IMG/VR virus record: IMGVR_UViG_3300045988_170943
Location: 32,001 to 96,000 of that record
Origin: a virus
Length of the DNA: 64,000 bases
Direction: 5' to 3' (one strand)
In this document: positions 1-9,257 of the stretch, piece after piece
Layout: each line of letters begins with the position of its first letter
Position numbering within the stretch: position 1 is the stretch's first letter
Notes under the pieces: model-generated
Seen by the model: only the letters and a program-made list of their open reading frames with translations
What the model was told of the DNA's origin: nothing
Databases searched by the model: none
Made by a program: the position numbers and the translations under genes

Positions 1-64
1 CACGCTCTACACCCCTCTCTGGGCGCATGTTAGGGGAGGGTGCGTTTCGGTCCCCGTTACAGGA

Positions 65-1126
65 TCATGCGGCCCCCAGGGCGGCGAGCAAGGTTGTGAC
101 AAGCACGGTCGCCCCATTGTAGGTGGCGTGCAACCCATAGGCGCCCCAGATGTGCTTTTGCTTCAGCACCAGGAGACTGTTGACAAACCCGACCAGCCCC
201 GTCCAGATGACGATGAACCAGTCTGACACGCTATTGAACCCTTGTGCGTGGGCGAGCCCGAACCAGACGGTAGCGAACAGGACACCCAAGAACCTCGCCG
301 CCCTGGGGTTCTTGATGCCGGTCTGGAACGAGGACAGGATCATGCCTCGGTAGAACATCTCCTCCAGTAACGGGATAATGAACGGGGTTGCCACATACCA
401 GAGGAATACACGCCACCCGCCGGTGAGGCCACTCAGGGAAGCGGCCGTGGTGCTGGAGGACATCTTGACGCCCATGGTGACGAGCCCGTAGTTAGCCAAC
501 TGGAGTGCCAACCACATTCCGGCACCGGCGAGCACACCGAGCCCCAGGTGTTTAAGGTTGAACCCTTTCACCTGTAGGAACTCCCGCCACTTGCTGACGC
601 TCCCAGTGACCGCCGCTGTCGCCCCCACCATAACGGCCAGTTCCGCGACAGTGACCGCCAGGAGGAGACTCTGGATGCTGGCAGGGTTGCCACCGAGGAT
701 AGCGACCAGGACAGTGACAGGGATGGCGGCGACAGCGAGCCACAGGAACGCCCCGTACCCGGTGATGAGCGCGGGGATACGTTTCCATCTGCTGCGTTCC
801 GCTCGCTGCCTTGTCAGGATCAGGGCACCCATGGGGTCTACTGGGGGTATACACCAGGCCTGGGGTGTGTCTGATGGGGATACTCCAGGTTGCTGGCCAG
901 GCACAAGGGGGATGGTTGAGGCCGGTGATGGTGTGTCTGATGGCGGCAGCGCAGCCGGGGCGACATCGACTTCTGACTGGTTGCGCGCTTGAGACACGTC
1001 TGATGGGGGCTGATTTGGTATCGTGCTATCTGACACTGGCTTATTCCTTAGGTGTGGGTTCAGAAACGGATGTACGGCAGAGAGTATCGGTGAGCGATGC
1101 CCTGTTACTCCTCGCCGCACCTGCAC
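65..1126 (-). CDS. CPBP-family intramembrane metalloprotease (CAAX protease / Abi-domain-like) with Pro/Ser-rich N-terminal extension; alternative internal start at 832
   Basis: Multi-TM protein with EExxxR (EEMFYRG), FxxxH (FGLAHAQ) and HxxxN (HATYNG) motifs typical of PF02517. The N-terminal 100 aa are low-complexity with PSDTP repeats. Own promoter of the shared type at 1227-1274. Confidence 0.7.
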   Translation of the reverse strand: MQVRRGVTGHRSPILSAVHPFLNPHLRNKPVSDSTIPNQPPSDVSQARNQSEVDVAPAALPPSDTPSPASTIPLVPGQQPGVSPSDTPQAWCIPPVDPMGALILTRQRAERSRWKRIPALITGYGAFLWLAVAAIPVTVLVAILGGNPASIQSLLLAVTVAELAVMVGATAAVTGSVSKWREFLQVKGFNLKHLGLGVLAGAGMWLALQLANYGLVTMGVKMSSSTTAASLSGLTGGWRVFLWYVATPFIIPLLEEMFYRGMILSSFQTGIKNPRAARFLGVLFATVWFGLAHAQGFNSVSDWFIVIWTGLVGFVNSLLVLKQKHIWGAYGLHATYNGATVLVTTLLAALGAA

Positions 1127-1226
1127 TCAGGCTACCTACAAGCATGGGCGGCCAGGTCGGTTAGTCGTCTAGTCCGATCGTCTAGTTTTCTCGTATCCTT
1201 GCTAAAAGCACAGAGTGGCGACTACA

Positions 1227-1274
1227 GCGATACGCAGTCGCTATGACGGAAGCAACCCAGATGGAGGTGAACTA
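1227..1274 (-). promoter_or_regulatory. Shared-type extended promoter (AGTTCAC-N11-TTGCTT-N17-TATCGC) on minus strand driving 65-1126
   Basis: Plus strand shows GCGATA...AAGCAA...GTGAACT at 1227-1274, the reverse complement of the recurrent motif. Confidence 0.5.
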
Positions 1275-1630
1275 GGTCACACGGGTTGAGGCGAGCACTA
1301 ACTAGCGACCCAGCGGCACAAGGGCAGTGCGATCAGGAAGGTAGAGGGCCAGGCACACTCACCGACGTCTTTCTCTTTGATGATGCTTGGGTGGGGCGCG
1401 TTCTGGCTGGGCGGTCTGGCACCTGGCACTGTGGGTAGTGGTGTATTCAAGGCGTGTGAGGGGGCGGCGAGAGATATGGGGCTTGCTTTGTGCTTAAGGT
1501 CACGTCATACTCTTGTTGTGTGTTTTCTGCTTGATGGTGTACCGTGTAGGTGAACGTGAGTCATTTAGTATCAGTGCCGAGTGTGTGCGCTGATGCTGGC
1601 TCATCAAGATTTCGAGAAGGAGCAGAAGAG

Positions 1631-1954
1631 ATGAGTAAGAGCGACATTCCTGCTATGTTCTATCGTGTCAAGCGGGTTCTCGCGGACTGTTTTCCTGGGG
1701 CTGAGGTTGAGCACTCCTATGTGCCTGAGAGTCCTGAGAATTATGGCGGCCATACTGCTTCAGTTCGTGATGGCAGGTTCTCTGTTATGGCGGGAGTAAG
1801 TAAGAATTTCGTCGTTGTTCTTTCTGTTTTTTATGTGGGCTATGCTTACAAGGTTACCTCTTCTGCACTTTCAGATCCTTCCAGTAAGGAGATTCGTGAG
1901 TGCCTGGTTGAGTTGTGTACTGAGTCGTTCAGGAAGTACTGCCTGGATCAGTAG
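1631..1954 (+). CDS. hypothetical protein, family C (paralog of 16787-17137)
   Basis: SD gaaggagcagaagag before ATG 1631. Shared R[VI]xxDCxPGA N-terminus and FRKYC/FKKYC C-terminus with 16787-17137. Confidence 0.6.
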   Translation: MSKSDIPAMFYRVKRVLADCFPGAEVEHSYVPESPENYGGHTASVRDGRFSVMAGVSKNFVVVLSVFYVGYAYKVTSSALSDPSSKEIRECLVELCTESFRKYCLDQ

Positions 1955-1977
1955 CGTTTCTTCGAGAGGATAACGGC

Positions 1978-2388
1978 ATGTCTGTTGAGGATTGGGGCGG
2001 GGCTCCGTTTCAGGTTGTAGTGACCTGGGCGTCAGGTGAGCGTGACGTGTACACTTTTGAGGCTAAGAACAGGGACGTTCTTAAGAGGGAGATGCTGCGT
2101 GTGCTTGATGCTGACGTGGACAGTTTTCCTTCTGTGTGGGAGCGTTCTTGCGAGGCTCTTGGAGCCAGGATTGAACCATGTGGTTTTGAGTCAGATCGGG
2201 AGGGCTTTACCATCTCAGTTGACTTGAGTGCTGGTAGTGTTCCTTACGTTCACGGAATGGCGGTTAGATGGGAGTTAGACTGCGAGGTGATCCAGTGGCT
2301 TAACCGACACGATCTCATGGATGCTATGGGTGATGGCTCTGATTTGTTCTGCAATATTGCGGACTACTGGACGGAAAATGGTGAGTAG
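1978..2388 (+). CDS. hypothetical protein
   Basis: 136 aa ORF, SD-like gagagga 9 nt upstream of ATG. Confidence 0.5.
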   Translation: MSVEDWGGAPFQVVVTWASGERDVYTFEAKNRDVLKREMLRVLDADVDSFPSVWERSCEALGARIEPCGFESDREGFTISVDLSAGSVPYVHGMAVRWELDCEVIQWLNRHDLMDAMGDGSDLFCNIADYWTENGE

Positions 2389-2689
2389 TGATCTCGGGCG
2401 TCGTATTGTCACGGCTCGACTAACACCAAGAGCATGCAGTGTCTTTTTGGGGTGCTGAAGGCTGTTCTACACTCTTTGTTCTTGGTGGCGGTTTTGTACT
2501 GCTAATGTCACCCGCCTCTTCACCGGGCGGGCTGGAGAGACATCGGCAGTGGGAGGAGTGCCCCAGCACCATGAGGCCACTCCTCCCACTGCCGCATACT
2601 GGAGGGTGGCGAGTTATGTTTGTGGTGCGGCTCATATGTGTTTAGGGTTGTGCCAGGCGCTTCGGGTGATGTAGTGTTGAGTCGTCAAG

Positions 2690-3391
2690 TTGGGGACCGT
2701 AAGGCCCAGGATGAGAGCAGAGGAAGATAGCATGGACGTCAGGTCCGTTAACATCGACACTCAGGGCGGGTTCGTTACAGGGGTCCAGGATAGTAACTGG
2801 AAGGACATTGACAATCCTCCTGCACACGTCATGGAAGTCGCTTCAGCAGTTAGTAAGGTGACTGACGGGTGGACACAGTTGTCAGTTATTGAGGATTCCG
2901 ACATCCCTTATGTTTTGGCTTTTGTACCCATGAAGACAGTAGGGGTTGTCAGTAAGGAGTTTTACCTGGCAATTGACTGCTATTCCCATGAAAATATTCC
3001 CATCATGATGCATCTTAAAATTGTTCCCGGACCGACTCCCGAACCCGTTATGACCTACACCATGTTACCTGTTGGCGGTGAGTTTGTCAACGTCAAAGGC
3101 GACATTGACCGTCTAGTGCGACGTTTCAGCACTCTGTGGGACATGCAGGAAGTCATGACAGCATCAATTGGTAATGAAGAGATTGTCTTCTTCGACGGTG
3201 AGAACATTGAGAAGATCAAGGTGTACGCCAAGGAGAACTCTCCTGAGGTTATTATCTACCAGGACAACCCTAAGAAGGAGATCATCGACAAGGTTGCTGG
3301 GATCTTCAAGGGTCACACCGTCCATGTGGGGGATGATGGCGTCACTGTACTTCTTGATCTGAAGGAGGACAGTCGTGTTTGTGCTGGGTGA
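2690..3391 (+). CDS. hypothetical protein
   Basis: 233 aa ORF with coding-like composition, preceded by a structured 300 nt intergenic region. Confidence 0.5.
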   Translation: MGTVRPRMRAEEDSMDVRSVNIDTQGGFVTGVQDSNWKDIDNPPAHVMEVASAVSKVTDGWTQLSVIEDSDIPYVLAFVPMKTVGVVSKEFYLAIDCYSHENIPIMMHLKIVPGPTPEPVMTYTMLPVGGEFVNVKGDIDRLVRRFSTLWDMQEVMTASIGNEEIVFFDGENIEKIKVYAKENSPEVIIYQDNPKKEIIDKVAGIFKGHTVHVGDDGVTVLLDLKEDSRVCAG

Positions 3392-4382
3392 GGTCACCAA
3401 GATGATGACACCTGATGACGTGGTGGTTTTCCTTAACAGGGTGACCCGTTATGATCAAATCCCCACTGACATGGATGGTTTGCTTGAGAGTGTTCGTAGT
3501 GGATCCTTGTCGCTGTACAAGTTCGATGAGGATGCCACTCTTATGGTGAACACCGTGAGTCAGTGGTTCGGCGAGGGTGAAATTGTCTCGGTGGTCCTGA
3601 GGACACAGGGTAAGAGGGTTGTTTACACTCTTTCTGAGGTCAACAGTGTCACGGGATCGTCCTTGACGTGGTGGTGGCGACGTTTCAAGACTGCTGACTA
3701 CAGACCGCTTATGGAGGCGGTTGAGCAGGGTAGGGGTATCCAGTACCGTCTGCTTGAGGCACGGGACAACAGGTTCATGGTTCAGGAGGCGGTTCAGGTC
3801 GCCTGGAATACAGCCAGAGAGATTCCAGGCGACTACTCGCTACAGTTCTTCAGGAAAGTGTTTGAAGGCTTTGGAAGTAGCGTAGACATCAGGCCCTTGC
3901 ATACGTGGCAGCCGCTTGATGACTGCGATCCACAGGAATGGAATGACTTTCTTGAGAATGGGGGTGATGTCAGGATCAGAGGCAAGGATACAGTCGTGAG
4001 AGTTGGGGACAAGTTCACTGACGGGCATATCTCCTGGTGGAAGACTCTCATTCAGGGCTCAGATTTACTGAGGGTGCTTCAAGTTGCCAAGGCGAGCGGT
4101 GTGATGTCCTCCCCTGACAGGTTCTCCTACCGCAACCTTTACCGTCATGCCGAGGGATACCGTGAGGACCTATCAGACGTTAGTGCTGCCCGGAATGATG
4201 CTGCGCTCTCCCAGAACGGCCGAGTGCACATTGTTGACATGTTCGTCACAGTAAGGGACGCCAGTCCTGTCGTGTACATGCTGTCGAATCATGGCGGGCG
4301 CTACGACTGGCGGGAGTTCAACGACCTGGGTGTTATCTCTTCTTATCTTCACCGGGTGGGCTGGCGAGACAGTAACCAGTAG
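3375..4382 (+). CDS. hypothetical protein, family A (paralog of 40761-41774 and 41800-42849; distant to family B)
   Basis: GTG start with SD aaggagga. Conserved blocks VYTLSEV...WWW and SGVMSSPxRFxYRxLY...GYREDLSD shared with five other ORFs. Confidence 0.7.
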   Translation: MFVLGEVTKMMTPDDVVVFLNRVTRYDQIPTDMDGLLESVRSGSLSLYKFDEDATLMVNTVSQWFGEGEIVSVVLRTQGKRVVYTLSEVNSVTGSSLTWWWRRFKTADYRPLMEAVEQGRGIQYRLLEARDNRFMVQEAVQVAWNTAREIPGDYSLQFFRKVFEGFGSSVDIRPLHTWQPLDDCDPQEWNDFLENGGDVRIRGKDTVVRVGDKFTDGHISWWKTLIQGSDLLRVLQVAKASGVMSSPDRFSYRNLYRHAEGYREDLSDVSAARNDAALSQNGRVHIVDMFVTVRDASPVVYMLSNHGGRYDWREFNDLGVISSYLHRVGWRDSNQ

Positions 4383-4411
4383 GCCCAGCCGCCCCCATTT
4401 GCGTGTGGTTC

Positions 4412-4460
4412 AGTTCACATGCTCACTGGCTTGCGTGTTCTGTCTTGTTGGGGGTATGGT
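4412..4460 (+). promoter_or_regulatory. Shared-type promoter AGTTCAC-N12-TTGCGT-N18-TATGGT
   Basis: Motif match upstream of the 4513 start. Confidence 0.5.
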
Positions 4461-4512
4461 TGAGTCATCGCCAGAGGGAAGAGCCCGCTGGCAGGACTCG
4501 GAGGAGAGTACT

Positions 4513-4920
4513 ATGGGCCTTAACCACGTGATTATTTCGGGTTGGGTTGTTGCCAACATTACTACTGATGACGCTAATAAGCGGGCGAACGCTTTTCGTG
4601 ACGCCTGCCGGAAGCGTTCCGAGTACGCCCAGATCGATGTTAATGTTGAGGATAAGGGCGGCCTCCCTAGTAGGATCCAGTTTATGGTGACAGGGGACTC
4701 CGATTCCCTGACGGATGACCTTAATGACCTGGTTGAGTCCACTATTACGGCAGGTCTTAACATTCAGGACCATTTTGTTCGGGGAACTTTATCAGTGACA
4801 GATCTTCGTCAGGTCAAGATGGGTGCTATTCCGGCGATGGCGGTCTATGGTTTTGACTTTGATGGTAAGGTTAAGGCTAGGGTTGAGGTATGCCCTAATG
4901 GCAGGGTTATCAGGGACTAG
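4513..4920 (+). CDS. hypothetical protein, family D (paralog of 43574-43987)
   Basis: SD ggaggagag before ATG 4513. Strong similarity (DDLNDLVESTITAGLN / VTDLRQVK) to 43574-43987. Confidence 0.7.
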   Translation: MGLNHVIISGWVVANITTDDANKRANAFRDACRKRSEYAQIDVNVEDKGGLPSRIQFMVTGDSDSLTDDLNDLVESTITAGLNIQDHFVRGTLSVTDLRQVKMGAIPAMAVYGFDFDGKVKARVEVCPNGRVIRD

Positions 4921-4937
4921 TTCTGCGTCCTGTTGTC

Positions 4938-4990
4938 AAACCGCCTTGTGGACAGTGTTGGACTACTGTCCACAAGGCGGTTTCGTTCTT
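4938..4990 (+). terminator. Rho-independent terminator-like hairpin (17 bp stem) plus T-rich tail
   Basis: aaccgccttgtggacag ... ctgtccacaaggcggtt followed by tcgttctt. Confidence 0.55.
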
Positions 4991-5061
4991 GATATGTGTG
5001 TTCAGTGTTTCAGCAGTAGACGTTTTGTTGGACACGAAGAGCACACGCATGGGTGTGGCCT

Positions 5062-5109
5062 GTTTCACTTGCTGCGGGGTTGCGTGGGCTGTTACAGGTG
5101 CTCTAGTAT
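5062..5109 (+). promoter_or_regulatory. Shared-type promoter GTTTCAC-N11-TTGCGT-N18-TAGTAT
   Basis: Motif match upstream of 5165. Confidence 0.5.
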
Positions 5110-5164
5110 TGAGTCATCAGCCAAGGGCAACAGGTCCGAGGCACGAGTCCTATAGGAGGACAAG

Positions 5165-5563
5165 ATGAACGCCATGGCCGCCACCGCCGAGAAGACCACC
5201 ACTATCTCTGTGAATGAGATGCGTGACTATGTTTTGAATGTCGTCAATGGTGACGGTTCTCTTTTCGTCTGGGGGATTATGAACCTTCCCAGCGACATTG
5301 TGCCAGAGTTCGGCATGTACGCTCCGATTGTGGATCAGGGGCGCACGAAGCGCCTTCGGCGAATGACGAAGGAGGAGAACCTGTTCGTTCTCTCTAGCAA
5401 GGAGCGACCTGGCTCAGTCAAGATCGTAGTCAAGAACGCTGATGGTTACTGGAGTGAGCATGGGGCGATTCTGGACCCGGTTCATTTCACCACGGAGGGC
5501 CTGGATGAGGTCTACGACGCCTGGAAGGATGATGCTGATCAGGAGTCCGAGGAGTGGGCGTGA
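5165..5563 (+). CDS. hypothetical acidic protein
   Basis: SD taggagga before ATG, 132 aa. Confidence 0.55.
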   Translation: MNAMAATAEKTTTISVNEMRDYVLNVVNGDGSLFVWGIMNLPSDIVPEFGMYAPIVDQGRTKRLRRMTKEENLFVLSSKERPGSVKIVVKNADGYWSEHGAILDPVHFTTEGLDEVYDAWKDDADQESEEWA

Positions 5564-5884
5564 CTTGTTGCACCCTGTTTCGTTCCTAGTGGGGGGTGGG
5601 CGTAGCCTTCTTGCCCCTGGCAATAAGAGTCGTGGTGGATGGCACGCTGAAGTATGTGTGTCACCTACCACGACTCTTGCGTTCTTCTGGTGGGTGCTTG
5701 CTGGTGTCGTTTCTGGATGCTCTTATGTTGGGGTGCTGTGACTGTCGTATCGGGGCTGCCTCGATGGTTTGTGGATCTGGGGCGGTAGAGAGTCGAGCCT
5801 GTTCTCTCCTGAAGGGGGCAGGAACCAACGAGCGAGACCCGCGGCAGGAACGGGGTGTATCCGTAGCAAGAGAGTGTGTGGCTC

Positions 5885-5932
5885 AGTTCACTCCCCTTTG
5901 AGGTTGTGTGGTCTCGTTCAGGTGCGTATAGT
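5885..5932 (+). promoter_or_regulatory. Shared-type promoter AGTTCAC-N12-TTGTGT-N17-TATAGT
   Basis: Motif match upstream of 5994. Confidence 0.5.
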
Positions 5933-5993
5933 TGTGTCTGCCAGAGAGGAAGAGCGTAAGGCTCTCCTCGCAGATTGAAGGGAAAGAGCAGCA

Positions 5994-6410
5994 ATGACCA
6001 CCAACTCGGTCTATGGGAGCATTGACGCATACATGGATCGCTCTGACCTGAAGCCTCTGATCGACGACCTGATGAGGGCTCTTGGCGCTGGAGCCCAGGT
6101 CACCGTAGAGAAGTACAGGGATCGTCACCATTCTGTCGTGTTCTCTCTGCTGACTGGTGAGGACATTGATCAGGCAGCGGTCATGGATGCTGTTCGCGCC
6201 ATCACGGAGGGCCGGGTTAGCAGGGGTGTCGTGTACTTCGTTGATCTGCGTGGCATGAGGTCAGGCATGTCACCTGAGATCACCTTGTTTGACCTGTCTC
6301 GTTCTTCGAGTGCCGTCGTTGAGGGAACCTGGTTCGGGGTGAGTGCTCAGGCTGAGGACTTTCTTGAGCCGGATTACTCTGTTGTGCACTACAGTGAGAT
6401 GCCCTGGTAA
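5994..6410 (+). CDS. hypothetical protein, family E (paralog of 38565-38966)
   Basis: Shared blocks GxID, MDAVRAI/MRAIQEV, V[YT]FVD[LM]R...P.[IM]T[LV][FY]DL. Confidence 0.6.
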   Translation: MTTNSVYGSIDAYMDRSDLKPLIDDLMRALGAGAQVTVEKYRDRHHSVVFSLLTGEDIDQAAVMDAVRAITEGRVSRGVVYFVDLRGMRSGMSPEITLFDLSRSSSAVVEGTWFGVSAQAEDFLEPDYSVVHYSEMPW

Positions 6411-6560
6411 GGGCTGGTACGTATGGTGTGCGCTTTCGCCATGAAGAATACCATTATCTGGTTCTGCTAGAGGAAGAGGATCATGTTTTCATCGGTTGTG
6501 TCGGCTGGCACTGTTTTTACTCCAGGGGATGGTGCAGGTAGTATTGTCTCTTAATGGGCG

Positions 6561-7028
6561 ATGGTTGTGGTAGCGACTTTAGGTTTTGTCTTTGCTTTGA
6601 TAGCGGTTTTGATTCTTATAGCCGGGCACAAGATTGAGGATCCTAAAGAGAACATGGTGGCCCTTATGACTTTCCTTGCCGTCTTTGTTGCTGCCGACTT
6701 CTGTTTCTCGAGGGCAAGCGTATTCTATCGGCAGTCGTTTCCAGGTGAATCAACTGTTGAGGGCACTGTCGTCAAAGTCATGGACGTTGGGTCTGATGGT
6801 GCCGAACTGCTGTTTGACGACGGCAAGTCGGTGCGCATGTACAATTCGGGGAACGATTTGAAGGACGTTCAGGGTCTAAGAGTTCTTCTGACGTGTGACA
6901 CAAACAAAAACACCAACGACAGTTTCGATGACATCAACAAGTGCGAGTATGAGAAGGTTGTTTCAATTCCTTCCTCCACCCCTAGTGGGAGCAGTGGCGA
7001 GGTTCAGCAAAAGCACAATTCGAACTGA
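6561..7028 (+). CDS. small membrane protein, family F (with 16126-16626 and 40207-40692)
   Basis: Two N-terminal hydrophobic helices. C-terminal domain with conserved L[KT]CD motif as in the other two members. Confidence 0.55.
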   Translation: MVVVATLGFVFALIAVLILIAGHKIEDPKENMVALMTFLAVFVAADFCFSRASVFYRQSFPGESTVEGTVVKVMDVGSDGAELLFDDGKSVRMYNSGNDLKDVQGLRVLLTCDTNKNTNDSFDDINKCEYEKVVSIPSSTPSGSSGEVQQKHNSN

Positions 7029-7171
7029 AGAGAGTAGTGTGCACAGGGTAATTGTGCTTTGCTTCTTTAGGTGCAAAGTAGGTCAAGGTCGCCTTCGTCT
7101 GGTATTAGGTGGTTGGGTTGCCACATATATAGTGGCAACCAGGTCATTCCCCATAATGCCCTGTGTAACCC

Positions 7172-7219
7172 AGTTCACTGATCATCGTGTTGACTTCGTT
7201 CCTGATTCGATCATATACT
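7172..7219 (+). promoter_or_regulatory. Shared-type promoter AGTTCAC-N11-TTGACT-N18-TATACT
   Basis: Motif match upstream of 7272. Confidence 0.5.
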
Positions 7220-7271
7220 TAAACCATCGCAAGACACACAGGGTGACTTGCAGCAATTGTAGGAGATAGAA

Positions 7272-7778
7272 ATGAGTATTGCTGTTGAGACGACTCAGAA
7301 GTTTTTTGAAGGTGTCGAGGAGGCTGCTAAGAACGGACAGGTTTTCAGCCAGGACGCTGGTATTGATGATGGTCTTGTACTGACTGTTAGTCCTGACGGT
7401 GGCGCTGTATGTCACCTTTTCAGAGAGCAGGTGGCTACCCTCCCTGCTGGCAGCACCCCGGATGAGGTGCTTGCCTTCTAGTCTGAGTCTGTCCGCAAGT
7501 TTGCTCCATCCTACAGTGAGGCTGCCGGAACGATGACTTTTGTCAAGGACCTGAGGGTGGGGGATGTCATTGTTGACGAGGACGGCCTGAACGCTAAGGT
7601 CGTCTGCACGCTCGGCGGTGATCCTACCTATGTGACGCTTATCTCCCACGGATATATTACTGCTAGAAATTATGACGGTAAGCAGATCCAGAAGTTTCGG
7701 GAATACCCTGAGGGCAGTATGAAGGCTGTTGATCTACTGTGGGCCTCTGACGGCGACATCCTCTATCAGAACGACTAA
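7272..7778 (+). pseudogene. Family G gene interrupted by a single in-frame TAG (7479-7481); encodes two ORFs of 69 aa (7272-7481) and 81 aa (7533-7778) that correspond to the N- and C-halves of the intact paralog 48227-48706
   Basis: 7272 and 7533 are in the same frame and no other stop lies between them. The paralog has Tyr at the TAG position (EILNYYSTSIRQ vs EVLAF*SESVRK). Confidence 0.6.
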
Positions 7779-7809
7779 CCCACCAAATTCTGGCCTCATA
7801 GGCTTCCTA

Positions 7810-7866
7810 CCCCTGTGCCAGGCGCGCAACTCACTTTACGTGCGCGCCTGGCACAGGGTTTTATTG
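7810..7866 (+). terminator. Rho-independent terminator (18 bp stem, TTTTATT tail)
   Basis: cccctgtgccaggcgcgca ... tgcgcgcctggcacaggg then ttttattg. Confidence 0.6.
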
Positions 7867-8005
7867 TGGCGGGCCATCATGTCCGGGTACTGGATACCTG
7901 TTGCTACAGGCGGTTAGTGTGGCGTTGACGTGTCTTGCCTCGTGTGGTATGGTTAGTGCTGACAACTATAGTGAAACCATGTGCTAGGAAGGCAGAGGTG
8001 CGTGT

Positions 8006-8170
8006 ATGGATGCTGCTGATGTTCAGAATGTCCTTGAGGGCGTTCTTAGGGATGCTTACAAGAACAAGAATCTTGACCGTGAACTTATCGAAGTGGTAAG
8101 TTACCTTATTGAGATGATTGTGAGTGGGGCGATGGAGCCTGTTCTTGACTATGACGGCTACTACGACTAA
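8006..8170 (+). CDS. small hypothetical protein (54 aa), not in ORF track
   Basis: TTGACG-N17-TATGGT promoter about 50 nt upstream, ATG at 8006, coding-like composition. Confidence 0.35.
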   Translation: MDAADVQNVLEGVLRDAYKNKNLDRELIEVVSYLIEMIVSGAMEPVLDYDGYYD

Positions 8171-8234
8171 GTATAGGCAGAGCAGTGTGTAGCGCAGAGA
8201 ATCCTGAGGCGGAAGAAGGGTTAAGGTACAGGGG

Positions 8235-8960
8235 ATGACTATGGGCAGTGAGAGCGGTTCGTTTAACGTTGAGCATTTATTGAAGGAGTTCTCTATAGGT
8301 GTGAACAAGTGCGCTGGAGGGGTACACAAGACGTCTATCTTCTCAATGAATGAGAAGGCTGTGGATGGTGTCCTATTCGGTATGGCCAGTGTGCTTGCAG
8401 GCGGATCATTCCAGGTGTCCGCTTACGGCCGCATTCCTCTGCATGGGCTTGATGACCACTACTTCGGGTTGAGGTGCGGCGAGATCTATGGGGATGACGA
8501 GTGTGTTCACGGTAACATTGAGGCATCTGTCGTGGTTGACATCGATGATGGTGAGTGTACGTCTGCGACTCTCATGACCAAGGATGATGACGGCAGTGTC
8601 CTCATGGAAAGGAAACTTGACAACAACCTGGCCAGTAGTGAGGTTGTTGAGTCCGTCCAGAAGTCACGCATTATCATGGAACTCAAGAAGGTTTTCAAGG
8701 GGTCACAGGTTGTTGATGGTATGCTCCATATCCCTGTGAGCGGGGACACCGTAGTTGTCAGTATCAGGGACTACCTGTGGAACGAGGTCGGTGAGAACGA
8801 GGAGGGGAAGGACAGTGTTCTCCTGACCTGCACAGATCTCAGTGGTTGCGAGTATTCCTATGCCGGATACGTTGGCAGCATGTTCCCTGAGTGCCGCATC
8901 GTTTGCCAGGAAAGTCGGGACAAGGTTCGGGTGAGTGTACCTGTCCTGTATCTTGGTTAG
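8235..8960 (+). CDS. hypothetical protein
   Basis: 241 aa ORF; antisense ORFs in the region are shorter and overlap it. Confidence 0.55.
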   Translation: MTMGSESGSFNVEHLLKEFSIGVNKCAGGVHKTSIFSMNEKAVDGVLFGMASVLAGGSFQVSAYGRIPLHGLDDHYFGLRCGEIYGDDECVHGNIEASVVVDIDDGECTSATLMTKDDDGSVLMERKLDNNLASSEVVESVQKSRIIMELKKVFKGSQVVDGMLHIPVSGDTVVVSIRDYLWNEVGENEEGKDSVLLTCTDLSGCEYSYAGYVGSMFPECRIVCQESRDKVRVSVPVLYLG

Positions 8961-9257
8961 CCCTAACGGCACTAGATTCTTTTGTGAGATGCAGTTGGCG
9001 TAGTGTCACCTGACTCGATTCTCGTCCTGATGGCGCCTAACTCTGCACTACTGGAATGTCGGTCTGACTCTCCAGTTTTACCCGTGTGACTCAGTTCACG
9101 TACCAAGGCTGATGTTATTGATAGAGCAGCAGCCTTCTACTCTTTTGTGCTCTATCTCACTTAATCACAGATTGCCTTTAATCCCTGATTCAGGGTATGC
9201 TTGGCGTATCAAGCCGAGGGCACGAAGAGTCCTGACACTAGAACAAGGAGCACCATT

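Noticed and set aside
7479-7481. Programmed amber readthrough or genetic-code reassignment at the in-frame TAG
   Set aside because: TAG is used as an ordinary stop by many well-supported genes in this window (for example 1954, 2388, 4382, 4920), so reassignment is unlikely. A simple nonsense mutation is the parsimonious reading, though low-level readthrough cannot be excluded.
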